This document shows, piece after piece, positions 10,501-18,652 of a DNA stretch of 64,000 nucleotides. Every line of letters starts with the position of its first letter. Position 1 is the stretch's first letter. Under the pieces are notes generated by a model. It was not told where the DNA came from. It searched no databases and saw only the letters and a program-made list of their open reading frames with translations. A program made the position numbers and the translations under genes. Origin of the DNA: Actinomycetes bacterium (GTDB lineage: Bacteria; Actinomycetota; Acidimicrobiia; Acidimicrobiales; JABEUL01); the NCBI GenBank assembly GCA_021852345.1, contig JAJZNL010000040.1:22278-86277 (forward strand), in the 5' to 3' direction.

Positions 10501-10878
10501 CTTGTCTACGCCGTATGTTTCTATTTCGCTTTTACCCGAAAGTCCCAGCTCTTTTTCCGCAGCCATCTCAGCGGGCAATCCGTGGCAATCCCAGCCGAAT
10601 CGTCTTTCGACGCGCAATCCCTTCATGGTTTTGTAGCGTGGGATTGCATCTTTAATATAACCTGTTAGTATATGGCCGTAGTGAGGAAGTCCGTTGGCAA
10701 AAGGCGGACCGTCATAAAATACATATTCGTTTGGTGTCCCATCACTTAATTTTGACGGACGAATTTTTATTGATTCAAAAAATGTCTGATCTTGATCCCA
10801 AAACGATAAAATAGATTCTTCAATATCTTTTAGATTTGGTTGAGACTTTATTTTTGGATATTGATGATTGTTTTTCAT
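7600..10878 (-). CDS. ileS: Isoleucyl-tRNA synthetase
   Basis: 1092 aa. It has the class I motifs 'LPHYGH' (HIGH) and 'KLSKR' (KMSKS), an editing-domain insertion and a long C-terminal domain. Confidence 0.95.
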   Translation of the reverse strand: MKNNHQYPKIKSQPNLKDIEESILSFWDQDQTFFESIKIRPSKLSDGTPNEYVFYDGPPFANGLPHYGHILTGYIKDAIPRYKTMKGLRVERRFGWDCHGLPAEMAAEKELGLSGKSEIETYGVDKFNYYCRSLVDNTTDTWAYYVRRQARWVDMQNNYKTMDKNYMESVMWAFKNLYEKSLAYEGFRVLPYCWECETPLSNFETRQDDSYRLRKDPAVTVKFKLTEPLLEKSEADSEILVWTTTPWTLPSNLALAIGLDIDYVIISLNSLSNHNDQKDRHLVIAKERLSHYKDELLKSADPTLDEDQKTELLNSSILKTIKGFDLVDRAYVPLFEYFSNWPNSFKIVSGDFVTTAEGTGIVHLAPGFGEDDQTTCKQHNIEVVCPVDDRGRFTEQVKDFEGIQVFDANKLVVERLQDKGCLFKTEIYEHPYPHCWRSDTPLIYRALSSWFVSVTDIKDEMVNLNDQIRWIPPHVKDGSFGKWIQGARDWSISRNRYWGTPIPVWKSTDPNYPRVDVYGSVEELERDFKTDVVELHRPEIDGLTRVNPDDPTGKSMMVRIPDVLDCWFESGSMPFASQHYPFENKQWFEEHFPADFIVEYIGQVRGWFYTLHVLGTALFDKPPFKTCMTHGIVLGNDGRKLSKRLKNYPDPEEIFNKYGSDAMRFSMLSGPVSRGLDVTIDEKGPLESIRQVINPLWNAWYFLSLYANIDDIFPQINYHPDGILDKYILAKLSSVIRVTEDAFNTEDLSKACGEILKFLDALTNWYIRRSRDRFWAPKGDVPTTEKIQAYNTLHTVLVNLCKIAAPVLPLITESIYKGLTGDRSVHLTDWPDLNDFETDDSLVDTMDLVREICSNSHSIRKANHLRARLPLNKLIIAVEDHKQIMAFSDLIKDEINVKGIEFINQVDQIAKLELSLVPSLIGPRVGKDTPVVMAAARQNNWIRNDQGKIEIAGIELLENEAEVKLVPIDNVDSRVLSEYGCVIKLDLVLTQELENEGLSRDIIRFIQQARKDADLVVTDKIKVTFASSKITINSISNYSKEIELQVLAAEPINYIDTDSLDELAIDNSNCLVQITNTLPNQEIFKAWIFKRD

Positions 10879-10990
10879 TAACTATATAGCTTAGATTAAA
10901 AATTGCGTAAAAAAATTTAGGTTAAATAAGTGACAAAGGTTATATAAATTGATAGCCTAAATGAAGTCACTTTATTTGAAGGAGGCCAAT

Positions 10991-11764
10991 ATGCCAACTG
11001 TAAAGAAAGCAGCAAAGAAGGCACCAGCCAAAAAAGCTGCAGCAAAGAAACCCGCAGCTAAAAAAGCTGTGGTGAAAAAGGCACCTGCTAAAAAAGCGCC
11101 AGCTAAAAAAGCACCGGCGAAGAAAGCACCTGCTAAAAAAGCACCGGCCAAGAAAGCTCCGGCGAAGAAGGCACCTGCTAAAAAAGCACCGGCCAAGAAA
11201 GCTCCGGCGAAGAAGGCACCTGCTAAAAAGGCACCAGCCAAGAAAGCTCCGGCGAAGAAGGCACCTGCTAAAAAAGCATCAGCTAAAGCTGGTTCCAGCA
11301 GGTTCGCACCCCCCGCAAGAAGTATTGCGGGGGGTGCGTTAACTTCAAAGATTATTCAACCAATAAAGGCAGTACCAAGAAAATTGACAAGCGAAGATAT
11401 CGAATTTTTTAAAGAGCAAAAAGCTTTGCTTTTGGTTGAGCGTGAAAGGCTAATTACACAGGGAAATGATTTGCTGGAAGAGGCTGCAAGTTTAGTTAAA
11501 GAAATCGAACCCGGCGATACCCAGTTTGATGATGAATCCGGTGAGGGTACAACGTTGTCGGTAGACAGGGAACGCGACCAGTTCTTGTCGAGGCAGGCTT
11601 TCGCGGAGGTGGATGAAATAGACGAAGCCTTAAAGAGAATTCAGAATAAGACTTACGGTATTTGTGAGCTTTGTAGAGTGCCGATACCGAAGGCCAGATT
11701 AAAGGTTATGCCTTTTACTAGACTCTGTGTTCCTTGTAAGAGTGGTGGGCTGTCGCGCAGATGA
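10991..11764 (+). CDS. Bifunctional histone-H1-like (Lys/Ala repeat) / DksA-TraR C4 zinc-finger protein (DdbA-like)
   Basis: GAAGGAGG at 10978-10985 precedes ATG 10991, so the ORF-track start at 10961 is less likely. The N-terminal ~95 aa are (P/A)AKKA repeats. The C-terminus has a coiled-coil region and '[25 protein letters not shown]' (DksA/TraR C4 finger). It sits in the ileS-lspA neighbourhood, as the actinobacterial DksA-like gene does. Confidence 0.7.
   Translation: MPTVKKAAKKAPAKKAAAKKPAAKKAVVKKAPAKKAPAKKAPAKKAPAKKAPAKKAPAKKAPAKKAPAKKAPAKKAPAKKAPAKKAPAKKAPAKKASAKAGSSRFAPPARSIAGGALTSKIIQPIKAVPRKLTSEDIEFFKEQKALLLVERERLITQGNDLLEEAASLVKEIEPGDTQFDDESGEGTTLSVDRERDQFLSRQAFAEVDEIDEALKRIQNKTYGICELCRVPIPKARLKVMPFTRLCVPCKSGGLSRR
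11081..11290 (+). repeat. Coding tandem repeat, 14 x 15 nt (APAKK units) with a 45-nt higher-order period
   Basis: Units such as GCACCTGCTAAAAAA, GCACCGGCCAAGAAA and GCTCCGGCGAAGAAG are read directly. The triplet of these units recurs three times between 11126 and 11260. Confidence 0.9.
11305..11338. other. Perfect 14-bp GC-rich hairpin inside the CDS
   Basis: CGCACCCCCCGCAA-gaagta-TTGCGGGGGGTGCG, read directly. It has 11 G:C pairs and no mismatch, and no T-run follows on either strand. Confidence 0.85.
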
Positions 11765-12405
11765 CAGATGAAATTAAGACCGATGAAATACATGAAACTC
11801 AAAAGATAAAGATTAAACTTTCAAAGGTTATTTCGGTTTGTGTGACGGCAGCAGCCGTCATTTTTATTGATCAGCTTTCGAAGACACTAGTTTACGATAG
11901 AAAACCGGACTTTCACGTGTTTTGGATTTTCTATTTTAAATACACTTTAAATAGTGGTGCTGCATTTAGTCTGTTCAGCAGCTCATCTGTTTATGTGGAG
12001 TGGATCGCGGGGGTTGTGGTAGTAGTGCTCATACTTTTTGCAATTCGATCTGTTTCGTTTCTTCAGGCTATAGGTTTTGGTTTGGTAATCGGCGGCGCAA
12101 CTTCAAATCTAAGCGACAGAGTCTTTAGACATATCAATAACAGCGTAATTGATTTTATCTATACAAAATACTGGCCTACGTTTAATGTGGCAGACTCGTG
12201 TATAACGATCGGAATAGTATTAGTAATAATAAGTTACATTAAAAATCAGACAGGTCATGAACGTAACACTATTCGTGAGCTCGATAGTGACCAGGAACCG
12301 CAAAAGTTAGAGGGACTTAGTTCAACTCAGGAATCGATTGAAATACAACAGGCAATTGAAATGCAACAGGCAACGGAGACGAAGCAGGTCACCGATGATT
12401 TATAA
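11761..12405 (+). CDS. lspA: Lipoprotein signal peptidase II
   Basis: 214 aa with four TM segments. Motifs are 'NSGAAFS' and 'FNVADSCI'. It overlaps the upstream stop codon by 4 nt. The C-terminal tail is Q/E-rich. Confidence 0.9.
   Translation: MTDEIKTDEIHETQKIKIKLSKVISVCVTAAAVIFIDQLSKTLVYDRKPDFHVFWIFYFKYTLNSGAAFSLFSSSSVYVEWIAGVVVVVLILFAIRSVSFLQAIGFGLVIGGATSNLSDRVFRHINNSVIDFIYTKYWPTFNVADSCITIGIVLVIISYIKNQTGHERNTIRELDSDQEPQKLEGLSSTQESIEIQQAIEMQQATETKQVTDDL
12337..12372 (+). repeat. In-frame tandem duplication, 2 x 18 nt, in the lspA 3' tail
   Basis: ATTGAAATACAACAGGCA and ATTGAAATGCAACAGGCA encode IEIQQA and IEMQQA. Confidence 0.9.
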
Positions 12406-13330
12406 CATCTCTCAAGTATTGGATGGAGAAAGGTTAGATAAAGCCTTGGCATTGCTGACCAATGCCAACAGAGAAAAAATTATTCAAAAGATATTTTCAG
12501 GATCAATTGAAGTTAACGAGAAGGTCGTATTAACAAAGTCTTATCGATTAAAAACAGGGGATCATGTTTCTGTTGATCTGGATCTCTTTGTAGATGAATA
12601 TAAGTTGGAGCCTGATTCCAATATAACGTTTAAGGTAATTTATGAGGATGAATTTTTAGCAGTTATTGACAAGCCAACAAATTTAGTAGTTCATCCTAGC
12701 TCGCTTGATTCAAAAAAAGATTTAGCTACTACGCTGGTGTCTCAGCTACTGTACAAATATCCTAAAATAGCTAACGTAGGTGAGAGTTTTAGACCGGGTA
12801 TCGTGCACAGGCTGGATAAAGATACTACAGGGCTGATGGTAATAGCTCTTGAAACCGAATCTTACAATAAATTAAAATCTGCAGTTAAATCTCATAAGAT
12901 TTCAAGAAAGTATCTTGCAATTGTTGTGGGAGCTTTTAAAGATAAATTCGGAAAAATTGAAGCTCCTGTCGGCCGGTCGCTAACAAACAAAGTCAAAATG
13001 GCAGTAGTGGAAAACGGTAAGTCAGCTGTTACACATTTTAAAGTTTTGGAAACTTTTAGCAGCAGTTCACCGTGTAGTTTAGTAGAAGTAAATCTTGAAA
13101 CGGGAAGAACGCATCAGATAAGGGTTCATTTTGCAGAATTGGGGCATCCAGTTTTGGCCGATAAGCTTTATTCGTCAAAAGTAAAAATTCCAGAAGTGTC
13201 GGCTTTAAGACCAATGTTGCATGCGACTGAATTAAGTTTTTTGCATCCCATTAGCAATAAACTAATAACAGCCTCTTCGTCACTGCCTGAAGACTTTAAT
13301 ATGGTTCTAAATCAGTTAAGATCCGTTTGA
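12395..13330 (+). CDS. rluD: 23S rRNA pseudouridine synthase, RluA/RluD family
   Basis: It has an S4-like N-terminus, 'HRLDKDTTGL' (catalytic Asp) and 'GRTHQIRVH'. ATG 12395 is preferred over the ORF-track start at 12338, because the first 19 codons there are an Arg-rich readthrough of the lspA tail. Confidence 0.85.
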   Translation: MIYNISQVLDGERLDKALALLTNANREKIIQKIFSGSIEVNEKVVLTKSYRLKTGDHVSVDLDLFVDEYKLEPDSNITFKVIYEDEFLAVIDKPTNLVVHPSSLDSKKDLATTLVSQLLYKYPKIANVGESFRPGIVHRLDKDTTGLMVIALETESYNKLKSAVKSHKISRKYLAIVVGAFKDKFGKIEAPVGRSLTNKVKMAVVENGKSAVTHFKVLETFSSSSPCSLVEVNLETGRTHQIRVHFAELGHPVLADKLYSSKVKIPEVSALRPMLHATELSFLHPISNKLITASSSLPEDFNMVLNQLRSV

Positions 13331-13334
13331 TTTA

Positions 13335-13385
13335 GGCAACCTTTAATTCAAGTGACATTTAAATTGGGTGACCTTTAATTTAGGG
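13335..13385. repeat. Tandem direct repeat, 3 x ~17 nt, downstream of rluD
   Basis: The units are GGCAACCTTTAATTCAA, GTGACATTTAAATTGG and GTGACCTTTAATTTAGGG. Confidence 0.8.
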
Positions 13386-13432
13386 AAAGTGTGCCAATAG
13401 ATCTTTTAACTGCCCTTTGGCTAAATTAAAAA

Positions 13433-13894
13433 TCATTCGTAGTATCTGTAAACTACTTCTGCAACACAGGCTGGTTTGTCCTTACCATCAATTACAAACG
13501 TAACTTCCAATACAGCCTGAGCACCTCCGTGCACCTCTTCTACGGCCTTCAGCAGTGCCTTCGCCTTTATCTTTGAATTAACCAATACGGGGGACGGAAA
13601 TCTGACTTTATTTGTCCCATAATTAATCCCAAATGACACGCCTTCAACTTTGAGGAAACTGGCAAGCAAAACTGGCGCTAAAGATAAAGTCAAATATCCG
13701 TGAGCAATTGTGTCGCCGAATGGTCCAGTCTTAGCTCTTTCGGGGTCGACATGTATCCACTGGTAGTCGCCAGTGGCTTTGGCAAATTGATTTATAGTGT
13801 CCTGAGTGATCTCAGTAAAATCGCTCTCACCTAAAGGCTGCCCCACTCGGTTAAATAAGTCCGTAATTCCTTGAATTGTGACAATTTCAGCCAT
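13433..13894 (-). CDS. MaoC-like (R)-specific enoyl-CoA hydratase / hotdog-fold dehydratase
   Basis: It contains 'GDYQWIHVDPERA' and 'TIAHGYLTLSL', typical of the MaoC dehydratase domain. ATG 13894 has GGAGA 9 nt upstream and is preferred over 13930. Confidence 0.8.
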   Translation of the reverse strand: MAEIVTIQGITDLFNRVGQPLGESDFTEITQDTINQFAKATGDYQWIHVDPERAKTGPFGDTIAHGYLTLSLAPVLLASFLKVEGVSFGINYGTNKVRFPSPVLVNSKIKAKALLKAVEEVHGGAQAVLEVTFVIDGKDKPACVAEVVYRYYE

Positions 13895-13917
13895 TTGTTT
13901 TATTCTCCATTTCCGTG

Positions 13918-14295
13918 TTATCTGAACCAAATTTTAACATAGGTGCGTGACATGGGGTGTATAAGTAGTATCACCATGGCAATATCTACTATTAGTCCTA
14001 AGATGTCAACGGCGAAAAATGAATAAATGGCGTAAATGTAAAAAATTAAGACAAAGTTAAGCAAACTTAAACCGACTGCCAGAAACCACATTTTCAGATT
14101 GTGGTTGGCAATGCCGAATGCTGCTACTCCCTGCAGAAGCGGTACGATAAAGATAAATAAGACAAAAACAAAAGGTAGGCCTTGCGTTCCCGAAAACATA
14201 TTTAATACTGTAAAAACGACGTCAATATAGGAAACTATTACGGCAATGTACAAAGTTTGAGGCTGACTTCTGTCAAGCCACCGAGTATTTTTCAT
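13918..14295 (-). CDS. Hypothetical integral membrane protein
   Basis: 125-aa ORF with four hydrophobic segments. I recognise no family. Confidence 0.4.
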   Translation of the reverse strand: MKNTRWLDRSQPQTLYIAVIVSYIDVVFTVLNMFSGTQGLPFVFVLFIFIVPLLQGVAAFGIANHNLKMWFLAVGLSLLNFVLIFYIYAIYSFFAVDILGLIVDIAMVILLIHPMSRTYVKIWFR

Positions 14296-14651
14296 ATTGT
14301 CTATTTTATAGGATAAATTAAATCTTTCAGGTCAAACTAATGGCTCTCTAAGAGATTATTGAGGCGGACTGATATAAATTTAAATAACTTTATTTATAAC
14401 TGTTGTAGAATGCAGATAAATTCTAAATTCTATCTATTCCAATTTTTCGAGTTTGTAGGGGCTTTAAATAATAATGTTCATTTTCGCAGTTTTAAGAATG
14501 AAAGGCATAATGGTATGGTGATTTCTGGAGCCGAGCATCCTAAAATATAATATTGTAAAGAATAAATTGGTTAGAGTTATTTAAAAAATTTCTTACAGAT
14601 ATTTTGATTCATAACATAAAAACGCCTTAAATTAGCGATATTCTATAAACT

Positions 14652-16643
14652 GTGGTATTAGTGCACTCAAATGATCTAATCGGCAAGGAAATTAACGGCA
14701 GATATGTGGTGGAAGGGTTTGTCGGCTCCGGAGGATCGTCTGTTGTGGTGGCTGCTCGGGATATGAAAAAGGACAGATCCGTAGCAGTTAAGTTATTGCA
14801 TCCTCAGCTGCTCTATGAAGCAGGTTTTATGAGACGGTTCTTGTTGGAATCCAGAGCCATGTCTTCATTGAATCATCCCAACATAATGCCGGTTTATGAC
14901 TGGGGGACGTTTGAATCAAAACCATTTCTTGTCACTGAACTTCTAATGGGCGGGACGGTGAAAGAGATTATTGATTCAAAAAAAGAACTTAGCCACTCTC
15001 AAGTTTTGTTCGTTGCGATTCAAGCTGCGCGCGGTCTTCAACACGCCCATGAAAAGAATTTTATACACAGAGATATTAAGCCGGCAAATATTTTATTTGA
15101 TACAAAATGTGGGGTAGTAATCGCCGATTTTGGGTTAGCTCGAGCTCTTGCGCAGGCTGGTTGGACCGAACCAGTAGGCTCGATATTAGGAACTGCAAAA
15201 TACGCTTCACCCGAACAAGCCAAAGGTATCGACCTTGATGGGAAATCGGACGTTTATTCTCTGGGGCTTGTTGTGTTTGAAATGGCGACTGGCTATATAC
15301 CCTTTCAGGGAGACAGTCCTTTGACTACATTAACCAATAGGTTAGATACAACGTTGCCTGATGACGAAAAATTAGGGCCACTTAAGGAACTGGTGTTTGG
15401 CTCAACGGATCCGAACAGAGAAAATAGATTGACCGCAAAACAGTTGGCTAGGGGTTTGGAGAAACTGGCAAAGTCGCTTGATCCGCCGCAATTCTTACCG
15501 CTTGTCGGAACTAAAGTCTTATCCGGCGAATCAGCCAGCGCTCGATTGGCTTTAAATGAAATAACTTCAAATCACGATGTAACGGCGGTAAAAGTACCTG
15601 AGGTAGAGGATTCATTAAAACAGGACATAACTGTAATCAAAGTTCCTATCGACGATCGATTAAGTCCAAGCGAAACAGATGATATCAAGGCTGCCGAGGA
15701 GCTCTCTGAAGGGCCCGATTGGAAAGACAACGAACCTCCAGCTTTGAGGGTAGCTAAAAAACATCGAAAATGGCCTTTGGTGTTGTTGGCGTTAATAATA
15801 GTGGCCTTAATCGGTACGATAGCTTATGTGACGAATAATTATGTAATAGCCTCACAGAGTGTGCCGAGTCTCTATAATCAGAGTGTCTCGGCGGCAGCCG
15901 TAGAACTTAAAAATGAAAAATTGGTTGGCAAGGTATCTAAAGTAGTTTATTCTAATAAAGTTAAGGCGGGATATATAATCTCCCAATACCCGCTACCGCA
16001 GTCTAGAGAAAAGCCAAACCAAACCGTAAGTTATGTGGTATCAAAAGGACCGTTTCCTGTTGCGTTGCCGACGGGGATGGTCGGCAACGCAGTTACTGTC
16101 GTACAGTCTGAGCTAATTAAATTAAAATTCATATATAAAATTACTCAGGAATATTCTGAAACTGTACCTGCTGCAACGGTTATTGCCGCAAGCCCCAGCG
16201 TCGGTAGTTTTCAACCGGGAAGTGTCGTAAATTTGACTGTTTCAAACGGCCCCGCACCGAGAACGATTCCGAATTTGAATAATATGCCTATTGCTCAAGC
16301 CGAAGCCACTCTTAAAAACCTGGTTTTAAACTACAAATTAAATCAGACATATTCTACTTCAGTGGCAGCAGGTTTGGTAATCTCGTCCGCTCCCGTCAGC
16401 GGTCAACAGGTTCCCCGAGGTTCGACTGTTGTTTTAACGGAATCATTGGGACCTCAATACGTAAAAATTCCAAGTGTAGATGGGATGACAGTGGCTCAGG
16501 CTGGAAACACCTTAACCAATGCTGGTTTGACCGTATCAAATACGTATGGGCCCGTAGGATCATCGGCCGTGGCGTACACAACGAATCCGCCCCCAGGTAC
16601 TTCTGTGGTGGTGGGATCTAGCGTCACTTTGTATACAAGGTGA
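14652..16643 (+). CDS. pknB: Ser/Thr protein kinase with four extracellular PASTA repeats (PknB-type)
   Basis: The kinase domain has 'GSGGSSVV', 'VAVKLL', 'HRDIKPANIL', 'DFGLA' and 'SPEQ'. A TM segment 'WPLVLLALIIVALIGTIAYV' follows, then four ~65-aa PASTA-like repeats. Confidence 0.9.
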   Translation: MVLVHSNDLIGKEINGRYVVEGFVGSGGSSVVVAARDMKKDRSVAVKLLHPQLLYEAGFMRRFLLESRAMSSLNHPNIMPVYDWGTFESKPFLVTELLMGGTVKEIIDSKKELSHSQVLFVAIQAARGLQHAHEKNFIHRDIKPANILFDTKCGVVIADFGLARALAQAGWTEPVGSILGTAKYASPEQAKGIDLDGKSDVYSLGLVVFEMATGYIPFQGDSPLTTLTNRLDTTLPDDEKLGPLKELVFGSTDPNRENRLTAKQLARGLEKLAKSLDPPQFLPLVGTKVLSGESASARLALNEITSNHDVTAVKVPEVEDSLKQDITVIKVPIDDRLSPSETDDIKAAEELSEGPDWKDNEPPALRVAKKHRKWPLVLLALIIVALIGTIAYVTNNYVIASQSVPSLYNQSVSAAAVELKNEKLVGKVSKVVYSNKVKAGYIISQYPLPQSREKPNQTVSYVVSKGPFPVALPTGMVGNAVTVVQSELIKLKFIYKITQEYSETVPAATVIAASPSVGSFQPGSVVNLTVSNGPAPRTIPNLNNMPIAQAEATLKNLVLNYKLNQTYSTSVAAGLVISSAPVSGQQVPRGSTVVLTESLGPQYVKIPSVDGMTVAQAGNTLTNAGLTVSNTYGPVGSSAVAYTTNPPPGTSVVVGSSVTLYTR

Positions 16644-16662
16644 ACGAAAGAGTGTTGTAGTT

Positions 16663-17706
16663 ATGTTGTATCTAGAAGGCTTGAGGTTACTTTTGGTATT
16701 TGCCGGTGTAGTGATTGGAGACGATATTTCCACTACATTTGATTATTCTTCCATTGATAGACTTTTGGTGGTTTCAATATGCGTGTTGGCCGGCTATCTT
16801 ATAGGCGGAATACTTGGGCGGTTAATAATTAAAGGGGTAGGTGATACGGTCAGAAGTCTGAAGGAAGTACCTGCTGCCGAAGTTTTGGGAGCAGCAGTTT
16901 TGGCAACAACCGGGCTAGTTTTTGCGGTTGCAATTGACACTCCTCTTATTCTGTTGCTACGTCGAAACTATGCATTGCCAGTGGCGGGAATAATCGCTTG
17001 GACGTTTGCGTATATTGGGCTGAGAGTCGGTTCGGCAAAAGCAACTCAAGTATCTAATGTCATCGGACTCACAAAAAGACTGGCTAAAGACGTAGACCCC
17101 ATGCAAATTGATCCGCATTCAGTGATGCTGGATGTATCTGCGGCGATGGACAGAACTATTTGGATTTTAATTAAAAATAATATGCTTGCTGCCGAAGTTA
17201 TAGTTCCCAGATTGGTCTTGGACGAATTAAGCCTGCTAGCTAATTCCACCGATCCGGCTATATCCAGACGTGCCAATAAGAGTCTTGAAGTGTTGGATTT
17301 TGTCCGGGATAATCTTGCCTCGTTAACAATAGCCGAAAGTTCGATATTTGAAACTGAAGTGCTTAATGAAAAAATTATCTTATTGTCTAAAAAATTAAAC
17401 TTGCGGCTTATTACTGCGGACCCAAAGGTGGCAGAATTGGCCCAAAAGTCAGAAATTACGTATCTCGATATAAGTACATTGGCAAACGACATGGCGCCTG
17501 AACATTTTGTCGGCGAGAAATTAAAGGTAGACCTAGTAAAGAGAGGTACTCAGGAAGGGCAGACAGTAGGATTTTTGGATGATGGCGATATGGTAGTGGT
17601 TAATGACTCGAGTCACATGCTTGGACATAAAAGCGTTAACGTTGAAGTTATTCAAAGCAGAAGAACATCACAGGGTCTACTCGTTTTCGCAAAAATTAGT
17701 TCGTAA
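16663..17706 (+). CDS. PIN/TRAM domain membrane protein (YacL-like)
   Basis: 347 aa. The order is N-terminal TM helices, a central PIN-like region and a C-terminal TRAM-like 'GEKLKVDLVKRGTQEGQTVGFLDDGDMVVV'. Confidence 0.65.
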   Translation: MLYLEGLRLLLVFAGVVIGDDISTTFDYSSIDRLLVVSICVLAGYLIGGILGRLIIKGVGDTVRSLKEVPAAEVLGAAVLATTGLVFAVAIDTPLILLLRRNYALPVAGIIAWTFAYIGLRVGSAKATQVSNVIGLTKRLAKDVDPMQIDPHSVMLDVSAAMDRTIWILIKNNMLAAEVIVPRLVLDELSLLANSTDPAISRRANKSLEVLDFVRDNLASLTIAESSIFETEVLNEKIILLSKKLNLRLITADPKVAELAQKSEITYLDISTLANDMAPEHFVGEKLKVDLVKRGTQEGQTVGFLDDGDMVVVNDSSHMLGHKSVNVEVIQSRRTSQGLLVFAKISS

Positions 17707-17716
17707 TTGAAATAGT

Positions 17717-17776
17717 CTATTTAGACTGGGCGATTTTAGACGCAGTTATTTTAGACGGGGAATTTTTAATTGACTG
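17717..17776. repeat. Degenerate tandem direct repeat, 4 x ~15 nt (core ATTTTAGAC)
   Basis: The units are CTATTTAGACTGGG, CGATTTTAGACGC, AGTTATTTTAGACGGGG and AATTTTTAATTGACTG. The array starts immediately after the PIN/TRAM stop codon. Confidence 0.75.
17766..17775. repeat. Left copy of the 10-nt direct repeat TTAATTGACT flanking the GC-rich block
   Basis: An identical 10-mer occurs at 18649-18658. This left copy overlaps the last unit of the 17717-17776 array. Confidence 0.6.
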
Positions 17777-17818
17777 AGCAAAGTCTTAATTGTTCAAAGG
17801 AACTCTGAAATAATATCA

Positions 17819-18652
17819 GTGTATCAGAGGCATACGATTTGGTCCATAGTCGCCAAACCAACCAAAAGCGACAAAGCGTCCTGGAATGGACGGATAGGTT
17901 GGTGGGTAAAGGTGGTGACACTGAACAAAAGGCATCCGGTCAATGTCCCCCTGGAAGTGAATTCCTATTTTGAGCGCGAGTTCCAAGCGGGGACATTACA
18001 GGGCGTTGTGCAACTGACCCTTGTTCGTGATTCACATGGTCAGCCAAGCAACATCGCCATCTCTCTCGTTGCAAAGTCCCCTGATGTAAAAACAAGGCCA
18101 AGCGGTATGGAATTGAGCATCGACTTTGGAGTGAGACACGCTCTGTTCGCCACAAACAAAGGCCAGTTGCTCGGACAGAAGATGACCCCTTGTTTGGCTG
18201 AATTGGACGCCATCGTTAGGTCATACATGGCGAAACTTCAGAAAGCAGGCATAGCGTTAAAGTCCGATCCTTACTACCGCCAACTTCAGAAACGTATCAG
18301 AGATTATGTGACCAACGAAATAGGCAGGCTGCTCAATCGTATCGCTGCTTGCGTGATCCTGTCGAGACGTTCTCGACCATGTCTGGATCGCACACGGACC
18401 CACGGACTCGTATGTACACCCTTCAACTTCTCGACAGACGACATAGATAGCGGTGGAACTTGCCGGTGGAAGAAGCGGTCCCTGGCGTTGCAGGTGCGGG
18501 GGGTCAGTTGGTCGCAAGACTGGCTGGGAGATAGAGACATAGAATACTATGTTTTTACCTACTGTTACAGAGCAATATATTGCACGCTTAAGGTTATGGT
18601 TAAAAGTTCTCGTGCAATGAAGGATGCTCAAACAGAATCAATCAATCATTAA
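17819..18652 (+). pseudogene. Truncated TnpB / IS605-OrfB-like (RuvC-fold) gene fragment in a GC-rich block; the 3' third is probably non-coding
   Basis: Lines within 17821-18420 count 48-58% G+C against ~40% in neighbouring genes. The ORF has beta-rich 'LQGVVQLTLVRDSHGQPSNIAISLVAK', then 'ELSIDFGVRHALFATNKGQLLG' (RuvC-I-like D-x-G) and helical 'YYRQLQKRIRDYVTNEIGRLLNRI'. No N-terminal REC part, no RuvC-II Glu and no CxxC zinc ribbon is present. The last ~100 codons are C/R/W-rich and open on both strands. Confidence 0.45.

Noticed and set aside
10879-10990. Expected T-box or other leader upstream of ileS, as known for some actinobacterial ileS genes
   Set aside because: Only ~80-110 nt are available before the divergent gene. 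I could find no T-box core (AGGGTGGTACCGCG-like) or specifier-type structure.
10972-11241. 89-aa minus-strand ORF '[10 protein letters not shown]...' opposite the Lys/Ala repeat region
   Set aside because: It is the mirror image of the GCN-AAR repeat units, so it is open only because the repeats lack reverse-complement stop codons. It has no start context or motifs. The sense ORF has a strong RBS and a recognisable domain.
12338-12394. ORF-track start of rluD at 12338
   Set aside because: The first 19 codons ([19 protein letters not shown]) are an out-of-frame reading of the lspA tail repeats. ATG 12395 gives a normal S4-domain N-terminus.
18257-18631. Minus-strand ORFs (124, 78, 71 and 62 aa) inside the GC-rich block, considered as candidate genes of the inserted element
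   Set aside because: They have no motifs and overlap each other and the plus-strand ORF. This is best explained by the lower stop-codon frequency of locally GC-rich DNA.
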